Below, in pieces: positions 45,316 through 52,352 of a stretch of DNA of 64,000 bases. Numbering within the stretch: the first letter of the stretch is position 1; the number at the start of each line of letters is the position of its first letter. Under the pieces are notes generated by a model. That model was not told the origin of the DNA. It was given only the letters and a program-made list of their open reading frames with translations, and searched no databases. Source of the DNA: Minisyncoccota bacterium (GTDB lineage Bacteria > Patescibacteriota > Minisyncoccia > Phycocordibacterales > CSBR16-119); assembly GCA_041389065.1 (NCBI GenBank), contig JAWKSM010000002.1, positions 1,556 to 65,555 of the forward strand, given 5' to 3'. A program made the translations under genes and the position numbers.

Positions 45316-45624
45316 TTATTCTTTTACTTCTTCTAAACTTTTTCTTAATTCTTTTATTTTATCTTCAACATCTTTTACTTTCCCTGAAATCTTTTTGTAT
45401 TGAAAATAAATTATTACCCAAGAAATTATAAAAGCTATTGCAAGAAAAATTAAAGTAAAAGTAAAGTTTGTGTCTTTTGTGGAGTCGAGTTTTTTACCAA
45501 AAAATGCGGCAACAAAAGCTGGAATGCCGATTATAAAAGCTATTTTAAGAGCAAGCCAGAAAAATCCAGTAGTTATCTTATCTCTTTTTTGTATTAAACT
45601 TTTTAGCTCTTCTTGTTTGTCCAT
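45316..45624 (-). CDS. Small two-TM protein heading the atp operon (AtpZ/AtpI-like)
   Basis: Called from position and topology only. Confidence 0.4.
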   Translation of the reverse strand: MDKQEELKSLIQKRDKITTGFFWLALKIAFIIGIPAFVAAFFGKKLDSTKDTNFTFTLIFLAIAFIISWVIIYFQYKKISGKVKDVEDKIKELRKSLEEVKE

Positions 45625-45728
45625 AAAACGTAAAAAGACCCCATCGAGTCGCTAATATACTAACACAAAAGACTTTATTAACAAAACAATTTAGAGATAT
45701 TTAAGTTAATAATTTGACCGTTTTTTCC

Positions 45729-45757
45729 TTGACTTTTCTATATAAATATGTTAGTAT
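45729..45757 (+). promoter_or_regulatory. Promoter of cassette I
   Basis: TTGACT (45729-34), 17 nt, TGtTAGTAT extended -10 (45749-57). Confidence 0.55.
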
Positions 45758-45813
45758 TCGACCCAAGGTAATTGTACCTTCACAACACAGAACAACTCAA
45801 ACACAACCGACCC

Positions 45814-46893
45814 ATGATACAGACCAAAGGAGGGATTGACGAAGATATCTTCAATGCCGTGACTGAAAGCTCATTGCTTGATAAGCAAGGCATGCATAGT
45901 TTGACAATAACAGCACCCGATGGCTCAAAGCTCGAGTACAGAAGCCAAGTTCCAGGAGGTGGTGAAAGCATTCCCAAGGGCGGATTTCGTGGCGGAGCTG
46001 AAGACATTGATCATCAGCCCAAGCCAAAGAAAGACCGCACTGATGAAGTGCTGGAAGTCATCAAGGATACCCGGAACATTTCGGAAGAGGTTCGCACAGA
46101 AGTCAAAAAGACCAATAAAACCTTGGAAGGTGCGAAGGTGTATGATGAAGGTGAAGCCGAAAAGAAGAGTAAGCTTACTTGGGGAGGCGCGATCAAAGCT
46201 ATTGTGATGGCAGCCTCAGTGGTAGCTATTCTCTACTTGGCATATCTGAAAGTAAGCTCGTCCAACAGCTCGAGTCAAAGCCAAGTCGTGGCAAGCACCC
46301 CGACTGGCAATACTCAAGTGGCAACACCACCTGCACCAATGCCAATGAACGTTACGATGACTACGTCGTCTACGACTTCCCAGCAACCCACTCCGCAACC
46401 TCCACCACCGGCCCAAAAGCCGAAGGCTGAGGTTTCTAAGAAGGAGTTGAAAGCGGCTCTAAGGTCGGTATACGACAACGGGGTGAACCTCCGAAGCTTT
46501 TCAAGCCAATGGAGCGACACCACGAAAGCGGAAATTGTCATCGCGGCAATCGTCGCTGTTCCTGATGGATTGAGTAGTGAAGAAAGGGAGAAAAAGGTCG
46601 AGAGGGTTTCAAATGCAACCAAGCAATACCTTCAAATAGACCATAAAGACCCAACAATCCCTGATCGGATCACCCTTCTCAACACCTATGCACTTCACTG
46701 TGCGTTTGGTAGAGATTCACACCTCGGAAACAACATCGACTGGCTTGCCAATTCATACGTAACCAGTGATGATAGTTACCCGACAACCACAGAGACAGAG
46801 TTCTCAAAGGGTGTGAAGGAACGGATCGAACGGTTGAAGGAGATCATCAAAGAGGATGGCTACGAAACAAAGAACTTCCAATGGCTAAAGTGA
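45814..46893 (+). CDS. Hypothetical bitopic membrane protein with a Pro/Thr/Gln-rich linker (GC-rich cassette I, gene 1)
   Basis: First ATG at 45814 (MIQTKGG..). Central TM AIKAIVMAASVVAILYLAYL, then SSSNSSSQSQVVASTPTGNTQVATPPAPMP..QQPTPQPPPPAQKPK, then a ~160 aa C-terminal domain. A sampled line is 52% GC. The other ORFs overlapping it (on both strands) are shadows. Confidence 0.65.
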   Translation: MIQTKGGIDEDIFNAVTESSLLDKQGMHSLTITAPDGSKLEYRSQVPGGGESIPKGGFRGGAEDIDHQPKPKKDRTDEVLEVIKDTRNISEEVRTEVKKTNKTLEGAKVYDEGEAEKKSKLTWGGAIKAIVMAASVVAILYLAYLKVSSSNSSSQSQVVASTPTGNTQVATPPAPMPMNVTMTTSSTTSQQPTPQPPPPAQKPKAEVSKKELKAALRSVYDNGVNLRSFSSQWSDTTKAEIVIAAIVAVPDGLSSEEREKKVERVSNATKQYLQIDHKDPTIPDRITLLNTYALHCAFGRDSHLGNNIDWLANSYVTSDDSYPTTTETEFSKGVKERIERLKEIIKEDGYETKNFQWLK

Positions 46894-47534
46894 TCATCCT
46901 CCGAAGCGGTCTCCAGAGTGGCTCCGGGAAAAAGAGGGCTGAAGATAATCGTTTTACGATGTCCGACGCCCTCTACCTTATCCCGGTCTTACTCCTTTTC
47001 ATCGTCGTTACAGTCGACAACCCGTTTACCGATACTTCGGTTAAGTTTACGGGAGTGTCAACTGATTCGGAAACCCTGGTCAACAGTAGTTCAGACAGGG
47101 GTGACTACCTCGACCTGGGCTACATAAGTCCAGTAGACGCGCCCATCAAAATAACCTCAGAGATTGGAAGGAGGTGGGGGCGTAAACATAAGGGTCAGGA
47201 CATCGACACCGAAGCAGGTGTAGTCGTCAGGTCATGCTCACCAGGAAATGGCCAGGTTATCTTTGTTGAACCTAAAGACATTGGAGACTTTGGAAAACAT
47301 GTTCGCGTGAAGATAGATGGTGCAGTAATAATATATGCACATCTTCAAGAAATAGCGGATGGAATAACCAAAGGCGCCATTGTGGAGCAAGGTAGACCAC
47401 TTGGAAAAGTTGGTTCAACTGGCAGTGTTACACCTGGTCTGGGAGGAGACGGTTCACACCTGCACATTGAGTTTACGAACACAGATCCGGATTTCAAAAC
47501 CCCGATCTTTGGACACAAACAACGAAAGACATGA
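46881..47534 (+). CDS. Membrane-anchored M23/LytM-like peptidase (cassette I, gene 2)
   Basis: The ATG overlaps the upstream stop by 13 nt (ATGGCTAAAGTGA). TM LYLIPVLLLFIVV; HKGQDID and GSTGSVTPGLGGDGSHLHIEF motifs. The start could instead be M27 (46959). Confidence 0.65.
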   Translation: MAKVIILRSGLQSGSGKKRAEDNRFTMSDALYLIPVLLLFIVVTVDNPFTDTSVKFTGVSTDSETLVNSSSDRGDYLDLGYISPVDAPIKITSEIGRRWGRKHKGQDIDTEAGVVVRSCSPGNGQVIFVEPKDIGDFGKHVRVKIDGAVIIYAHLQEIADGITKGAIVEQGRPLGKVGSTGSVTPGLGGDGSHLHIEFTNTDPDFKTPIFGHKQRKT

Positions 47535-47535
47535 G

Positions 47536-47565
47536 GCCGGGATTCGCAGAGAATCCCGGCTTTTT
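47536..47565 (+). terminator. Intrinsic terminator after cassette I
   Basis: GCCGGGATTC-GCAGA-GAATCCCGGC plus T5. Confidence 0.85.
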
Positions 47566-47640
47566 GTATTTAATTTTTATAAAAAATAAAAAACCCAAAT
47601 GGGCTTATTATGAACTATAAGCATTTTAATTATTTACGCA

Positions 47641-47664
47641 AAAATCCCCTTTCGGGGATTTTTT
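47641..47664 (-). terminator. Terminator immediately 3' of tRNA-Ile
   Basis: AAAATCCCC-TTTC-GGGGATTTT, a symmetric hairpin with T-runs on both strands. Confidence 0.75.
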
Positions 47665-47665
47665 G

Positions 47666-47738
47666 TGCGCGCGCCAGGGGTCGAACCTGGGACCTTTCGA
47701 GTATCAGTCGAATGCTCTACCAGCTGAGCTACGCGCGC
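47666..47738 (-). tRNA. tRNA-Ile (anticodon GAU)
   Basis: The reverse complement folds by hand into a perfect cloverleaf: GCGCGCG-TA-GCTC-AGCTGGTA-GAGC-A-TTCGA-CTGATAC-TCGAA-AGGTC-CCAGG-TTCGACC-CCTGG-CGCGCGC-A. No encoded CCA. Confidence 0.93.
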
Positions 47739-47793
47739 ATTTGGACAACGAATACTATATCAAATTTTATTTATAATTTCAATACAAACTTTG

Positions 47794-47818
47794 AAAGGCG
47801 ACCCGTAGGGTCGCCTTT
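47794..47818. terminator. GC-rich hairpin between prfA and the tRNA promoter
   Basis: AAAGGCGACCC-GTA-GGGTCGCCTTT, an 11-bp stem. Confidence 0.65.
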
Positions 47819-47824
47819 CCTGGG

Positions 47825-47927
47825 GTGCTTCCCAGAGACAGTACATCTCCTTTTTGTTAGTTTACACTAACCGGAGGCCTCGAGATTTTGACCGCCTCCA
47901 CATTGTCTGGTTAGACAGAAGGTGCAC
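47825..47927. ncRNA. Candidate structured RNA (~100 nt, strand undetermined) just downstream of prfA
   Basis: Closing helix GTGC+TTC / GAA+GCAC encloses three hairpins: GTTAG/CTAAC (47856-71), GGAGGC/GCCTCC (47873-99) and TGTCT/AGACA (47904-17). GC-richer than flanks, with no credible ORF. Confidence 0.3.
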
Positions 47928-47947
47928 TCTTAAAAAAAATTCTAGCA

Positions 47948-48901
47948 TTATTCCCCACCTTCTGCAAAACTATTTATCACGTCTTCAATATTTCCAAGCA
48001 TTATTCCTGGCAAATTACTCCAAGATTCTTTTATCCGGTGATCAGTAAGTCTGTCTTGTGGAAAGTTATATGTTCTGATTTTTTCTGACCTATCAGCCGT
48101 ACCAATTTGCGAAGCTCTATCTGCCGAATATTTTTTAGCTTCTTCATCATCTTTTGCTTGTTGCAACCTTGATCGCAAAAGTTCAAGAGCCTTCTCTTTA
48201 TTTTTAAGCTGACTTCTTTCAGATGTACATCGTACATCAAAACCTGTTGGCTTATGAATCACCCGAACAGCGGTTTCAACCTTGTTAACATTTTGCCCTC
48301 CTGCTCCACCAGAACGAGAAGTTTCAAATTCCAAATCGGCATCGTTTAGAACTATTGTTGTTTTTTTATAAAGTGGAAGAACTGCGACAGAAGCTGTCGA
48401 AGTATGAATTCTTCCCTGTTTTTCTGTCGCTGGAATTCTTTGCACGCGATGAACACCAGTCTCAAAACGAAGCTTTTTATAAACATCTTTACCTTTTATT
48501 TCAAAAGAAGCTTCTTTGTATCCGCCCAAATCATTCATTGATTCATATTCTGTTTTCCATTGCCAACCCTGCTTTTCGGCAAATCTTTGATACATTTCAG
48601 CAAGTTGATATGCAAAAAGCGAAGCTTCGTCACCACCCGCACCAGCTCTTACTTCAAGCATAATTTCATTTGGAAACTTTTCTTCTTCCCTTTCTGATTT
48701 AACAATGGCTTCAAGTTGCGCTTTTAATCCTTCGATCTGCACATCTGTGTTTTTAATTTCTTCTTCAATCATTTCTTTCATTGAAGGATCTTCTTGGAGC
48801 ATTTTTTGTGTAGATTCTTTAACAGCCAAAAGACGCTCGTATTCAGATGCGAGAAAACTTGTTTTGTGATTTGCTTTTAGTTCTTCGAAATTAAGTTCCA
48901 T
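47948..48901 (-). CDS. prfA: Peptide chain release factor 1 (short, 317 aa)
   Basis: GGQ ([17 protein letters not shown]) and the RF1-type PAT tripeptide ([14 protein letters not shown]). Confidence 0.9.
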   Translation of the reverse strand: MELNFEELKANHKTSFLASEYERLLAVKESTQKMLQEDPSMKEMIEEEIKNTDVQIEGLKAQLEAIVKSEREEEKFPNEIMLEVRAGAGGDEASLFAYQLAEMYQRFAEKQGWQWKTEYESMNDLGGYKEASFEIKGKDVYKKLRFETGVHRVQRIPATEKQGRIHTSTASVAVLPLYKKTTIVLNDADLEFETSRSGGAGGQNVNKVETAVRVIHKPTGFDVRCTSERSQLKNKEKALELLRSRLQQAKDDEEAKKYSADRASQIGTADRSEKIRTYNFPQDRLTDHRIKESWSNLPGIMLGNIEDVINSFAEGGE

Positions 48902-48955
48902 ATTTATATGATAGCAAAAAGAAGGCCGGAAGGCCCTCTCTTTGATGTAAGTAAT

Positions 48956-49219
48956 TTACGCTTTTTTTGATTTAGCAACTTTCAAAGCTCTTTGTTTGAA
49001 TTTATCTACTCGTCCTGCTGTGTCTAGAACTGTTTCTTTTCCTGTATAAAAAGGGTGTGAAGCACTTGAAATTTCAACTTTTACAAGGTCGTATTCCTTT
49101 CCTTCAAACTTACCTTTTTCAGAAGTTTTTACAGTTGAGCCAATCAAAAACATCTCTCCTGACGTAACGTCTTGAAAGATTACTTGTCTATAACTTTCTG
49201 GGTGAATTTCTTTTTTCAT
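48956..49219 (-). CDS. rpmE: 50S ribosomal protein L31 (Cys-less form)
   Basis: Start at [10 protein letters not shown] (M14 of the listed ORF); ..[12 protein letters not shown]... TTGATT, 17 nt, TAATAT lies on the minus strand 10 nt before the ATG. Confidence 0.88.
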   Translation of the reverse strand: MKKEIHPESYRQVIFQDVTSGEMFLIGSTVKTSEKGKFEGKEYDLVKVEISSASHPFYTGKETVLDTAGRVDKFKQRALKVAKSKKA

Positions 49220-49293
49220 AACAAAAAGGATATTAACACAAGTAGTTTTATAAATCAAGAGTTAAATATTTTAAATTTTATGAACAAAACCCT

Positions 49294-49319
49294 TTACTTT
49301 TTTCATGATAAAAAAGTAA
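49294..49319. promoter_or_regulatory. Perfect 10-bp inverted repeat upstream of the rpmE promoter
   Basis: TTACTTTTTT-CATGAT-AAAAAAGTAA, about 35 bp upstream of the rpmE -35 box. Confidence 0.35.
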
Positions 49320-49348
49320 CAAAAACTCTAGACCCACACTTCACACCT

Positions 49349-49443
49349 AAAAATAGTAGATTTTAAGCCAAAAAACAACAAAACTCGGAAAGCTTAGGCT
49401 TTCCTCAAACAGTTGTTGTTTTTAAGGCAAACTCTACTATTTT
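49349..49443. repeat. Orphan 95-nt long imperfect hairpin
   Basis: Paired blocks AAAATAGTAGA/TCTACTATTTT (11 bp), AAAAACAACAA/TTGTTGTTTTT (11 bp) and GGAAAGC-TTAG-GCTTTCC (7 bp), separated by internal loops. Confidence 0.6.
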
Positions 49444-49490
49444 CTTAACAGTGTTCTCGTGTAGGGTCGGAAGTGGATAATTTACGCTTA

Positions 49491-49519
49491 TTGACAAAAT
49501 ATATTAAATATGATATATT
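49491..49519 (+). promoter_or_regulatory. Promoter of cassette J (shared promoter module)
   Basis: TTGACA (49491-96), 17 nt, TGaTATATT extended -10 (49511-19). Confidence 0.6.
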
Positions 49520-49559
49520 ATATTTAGACAAACTGTACATAAACCAAAGCGCACAAGCT

Positions 49560-49955
49560 ATGGCACGAACATACAACCGCAACAAGACCAAGCGTCAAGG
49601 TAATAACATCCTGCGTGAACAAATTGCATCTGAACAAGAAAGGCAAGATGCAATAGATCAAGAGATCGAAGCACACGAAAGAGATCTCGCTGAAATGGAA
49701 GAAGATGAAGAAAGAAGGGCTTGGGAGCTAGAAGAAATCTATAACAAGTATATTGGTGGTGTGTCTACAAATGAGAGCGATGTACTAAAGGCATTGAAAA
49801 CAAGACCCTGCCCCGCCTGTCTGTGTGAACATCATCCATCAGCCTATTGCCCAGCCGATGAGGACGTTCATCGCTTCAACGAGAGCCAACTTGAACTTGA
49901 AGATTTCTACCACGCAAGAGATCTGTGGGAAGAAATGATGGGAAGAATCCCATAG
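49560..49955 (+). CDS. Hypothetical 131 aa protein with an acidic helix and a Cys/His cluster (GC-rich cassette J)
   Basis: First ATG after the promoter: MARTYNRNKTKRQGNN.., then an acidic helix, then ..RPCPACLCEHHPSAYCPADEDVH... Confidence 0.55.
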   Translation: MARTYNRNKTKRQGNNILREQIASEQERQDAIDQEIEAHERDLAEMEEDEERRAWELEEIYNKYIGGVSTNESDVLKALKTRPCPACLCEHHPSAYCPADEDVHRFNESQLELEDFYHARDLWEEMMGRIP

Positions 49956-49973
49956 CTGAAAAGCACAGGTTAA

Positions 49974-50010
49974 GCCCCGAGCGCAAATGCGCCGGGGCTT
50001 TCTCTATTTT
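49974..50010. terminator. Convergent terminator between cassette J and the transglycosylase gene
   Basis: GCCCCGAGCGC-AAAT-GCGCCGGGGC followed by TTTCTCTATTTT. Confidence 0.8.
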
Positions 50011-50016
50011 AATCAT

Positions 50017-51334
50017 CTAAAAACTCTCCAAAACATCGATATCTTTTTGAATAGCAGCAGCGTGAGTCATCACAGCATTTCCGTAAAATGCATTTACCAC
50101 ACCAGGCGCCGTACAACTTCTTCCAGAATAATACTTACAAGCTGCTTCCCTTTCTGCTGTGTATGTTTGCGCCGCCGCTCCCAAATCTTTTACATAAAGA
50201 GCTGTAGCTGTAACTGCGTGTGCTGGATTCCAAGGGTTTGCCACACTCGCCCCCACAGCAGTGGCAATTCTATTTTCATAACTTTCCCAAGTCGTCGGAA
50301 TAAACTGAGAAGGTCCCATTGCCCCTCCCCAACCACCAGACGCCAGAGGACATGATAGTGGTTGTCCATCAGGACTAATGCCAAGTTTTTTTGTAATTCT
50401 AAGGAATGCAGATTGATCATCTCTCCAAGATCCGCTTGTTGGTCCAGGCATAATATCTTTCCAAGTACGAGTATCTCCTGGCCTGTTACAAGTTCCCACG
50501 TTTGCACCCAAATTAGATTCTTGTTTCAAAATCGCCAAAATATATGCCGGTCGAACTCCTGTCGCCTTGCTTGCAACTTTTGCATATTCATAGGCTTGCC
50601 CGAAAGGAATAGCGCCTTGTCCGCGAAGCTCGAAAAGCTTCGCACGAATACTCGCCGCCTCGGCTTGTCTCGCCGCCAAAACTTTCGCATATTCTGCTTC
50701 CTGATTTTTACTTATTGAAAGAAGATTTTTTTGATCTTTTTCACTTTTTTCAACTGTTGATTTTTCTTGTTCAATAGCTTTTTTTGCATCAATCTCTTCG
50801 TTTTGTTTTACTTCAAGTTGTTTTTTAACTGTCTCTGTTTCAATCTTCACACCTCGAACTTTGTTTACAGAATCTTGAACAGATTTTTTAAGCGAAGAAT
50901 ATGTGTTTATGTCGCCATAGAAATCAGAAATTGATTCACTACTTAAAACAGCGTGAGTAAAAGTCACATAATCCATTTCATTTGTCTTTTTTATAAGCTG
51001 GCTTAATGATTTCTTTCCAGATTCAATATCGTTATTCAAATCAGAAATGGTTTGATTTTTGTTTTTGATTTCACTTCCGATTTTTTTAATTTGCAAATCT
51101 TTTTGTTGAATTTTTGTTTTTGCGGCTGTGATTTTTGCTTGCAAAAGTGCGATATCTCTTTGAAGTGATGCAGATTTGTTTTTTTGTCCAGCCAAAATAG
51201 CTTCTTGAGCTTTGATTTCTTTTTCCAGATTCGCAAGTTCTGATTCAAGCTTTTCTCTTTCTTGCGGAGAAAGCTGAGCATTTACTTGTGGAATTGATAT
51301 AAAAAACAAAAAGCAAAACAAACAAAATTGTCAT
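50017..51334 (-). CDS. Coiled-coil lytic transglycosylase (MltB/SLT_2-like catalytic domain); the signal peptide is probably split by a T-run frameshift (~51300-51325)
   Basis: ..RPAYILAILKQESNLG.. and ..GGWGGAMGPSQFIPTTW.. in the C-terminal domain, with ~230 aa of heptad-rich sequence N-terminal to it. The ATG at 51332-51334 gives MTILFVLLFVF.., one frame off the listed ORF (..FFISIPQVNAQ). Confidence 0.75.
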
Positions 51335-51403
51335 GCTTTTTGTAATAAAATTATTTTTTTGAGATTTTATTGTGAACATATTTATATGAACACAACAAGA
51401 GAA

Positions 51404-52048
51404 TTATTTAGATTCAGCTTCTCCCTCTTCTTCTTTCTTACCTTTCTTTTCAACTTCAATAGAGTCAAGATTCATTTCTGTTGGAGTTTCTGATTCTTCT
51501 TGTTGCGCTGTTACAGAGGCAATCACTACAGACATATCTTCTTCAGTGAACTGTGCACCATTTGGTAGTGAAATATCCCCTAGAGTTATTATATCATCAA
51601 TTTGAGATAGTTTTGAGATATCAACGTCGATATGTTGTGGAATATTAGAAGGAAGAGCTGAAACAGTAACTTCGTGCAAAACCTTTACAAGAACACCGCC
51701 GCCTTTCACAGCTTCTGATTCTCCTACGAATTCAAGCGGAACGTCAACTTCAATAGCCTTGTTCATGTCAACTGCAAGAAAATCGATGTGATTTACAGAT
51801 CCTGCAACTGGGTCTAACTGAACATCGTGAATCATTGCATTAAATTCTCCATTTGGAGTTTTTAATGTGATTGTAGAAGTTTCTCCAGCTTCCTTAAAAA
51901 CGTTGATAAATTCCTTTCTATCTACTGATAACGATGTTACATCTTTCTTTAATCCATAAAAAACAGCCGGAATCTTTCCAGATTCTCTTAAAGCCTTATT
52001 TTCAGATTTGTTTATTACCTCTCTTAGGTTTGCATTTAAAGTTGTCAT
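51404..52048 (-). CDS. rplY: 50S ribosomal protein L25/Ctc
   Basis: ..LRESGKIPAVFYG.. followed by an acidic C-terminal extension; 214 aa. Confidence 0.88.
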   Translation of the reverse strand: MTTLNANLREVINKSENKALRESGKIPAVFYGLKKDVTSLSVDRKEFINVFKEAGETSTITLKTPNGEFNAMIHDVQLDPVAGSVNHIDFLAVDMNKAIEVDVPLEFVGESEAVKGGGVLVKVLHEVTVSALPSNIPQHIDVDISKLSQIDDIITLGDISLPNGAQFTEEDMSVVIASVTAQQEESETPTEMNLDSIEVEKKGKKEEEGEAESK

Positions 52049-52103
52049 ATTCCGGTATTATAAACAAAAATCTAAAAAAGTCTACTGTTTTATCAAAAAG
52101 CTA

Positions 52104-52286
52104 CTACTTTCCCAAAATTTCAGAATTTTGGCTTAATTTAAATGTGTCACTTTTTTCTGGAAGATTATTAGAAGAAAACAGGGCTCCCCAAAATGCGAGT
52201 GAGAGCATTAGAAAACAAACCAAAAGCACTGTGGATACAATATTTTGATGATTTCTAAATTTTACATTTTCTTTAAATTTTTCCAT
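52104..52286 (-). CDS. Hypothetical small single-TM protein
   Basis: 60 aa with TM IVSTVLLVCFLMLSLAFWGALF. Confidence 0.35.
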   Translation of the reverse strand: MEKFKENVKFRNHQNIVSTVLLVCFLMLSLAFWGALFSSNNLPEKSDTFKLSQNSEILGK

Positions 52287-52352
52287 AAAGATATAACATT
52301 ACGTTACATCTATATAGACGATTTTGAAATTTAAAAATTACAAAACTTTGGA

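Noticed and set aside
45625-47738. Looked for att-type direct repeats of the tRNA-Ile 3' end, or an integrase, to prove that island I is an integrative element.
   Set aside because: - The only shared string at the distal boundary is GGGGTC, which is about 6 nt.
- There is no integrase or recombinase ORF.
- Integration at the tRNA therefore remains only positional inference.
47610-48048. Plus-strand ORFs of 86 and 64 aa spanning the tRNA-Ile gene and the prfA 3' end.
   Set aside because: They are read through a tRNA gene, two terminator hairpins and the antisense of prfA, and have no promoter or start context.
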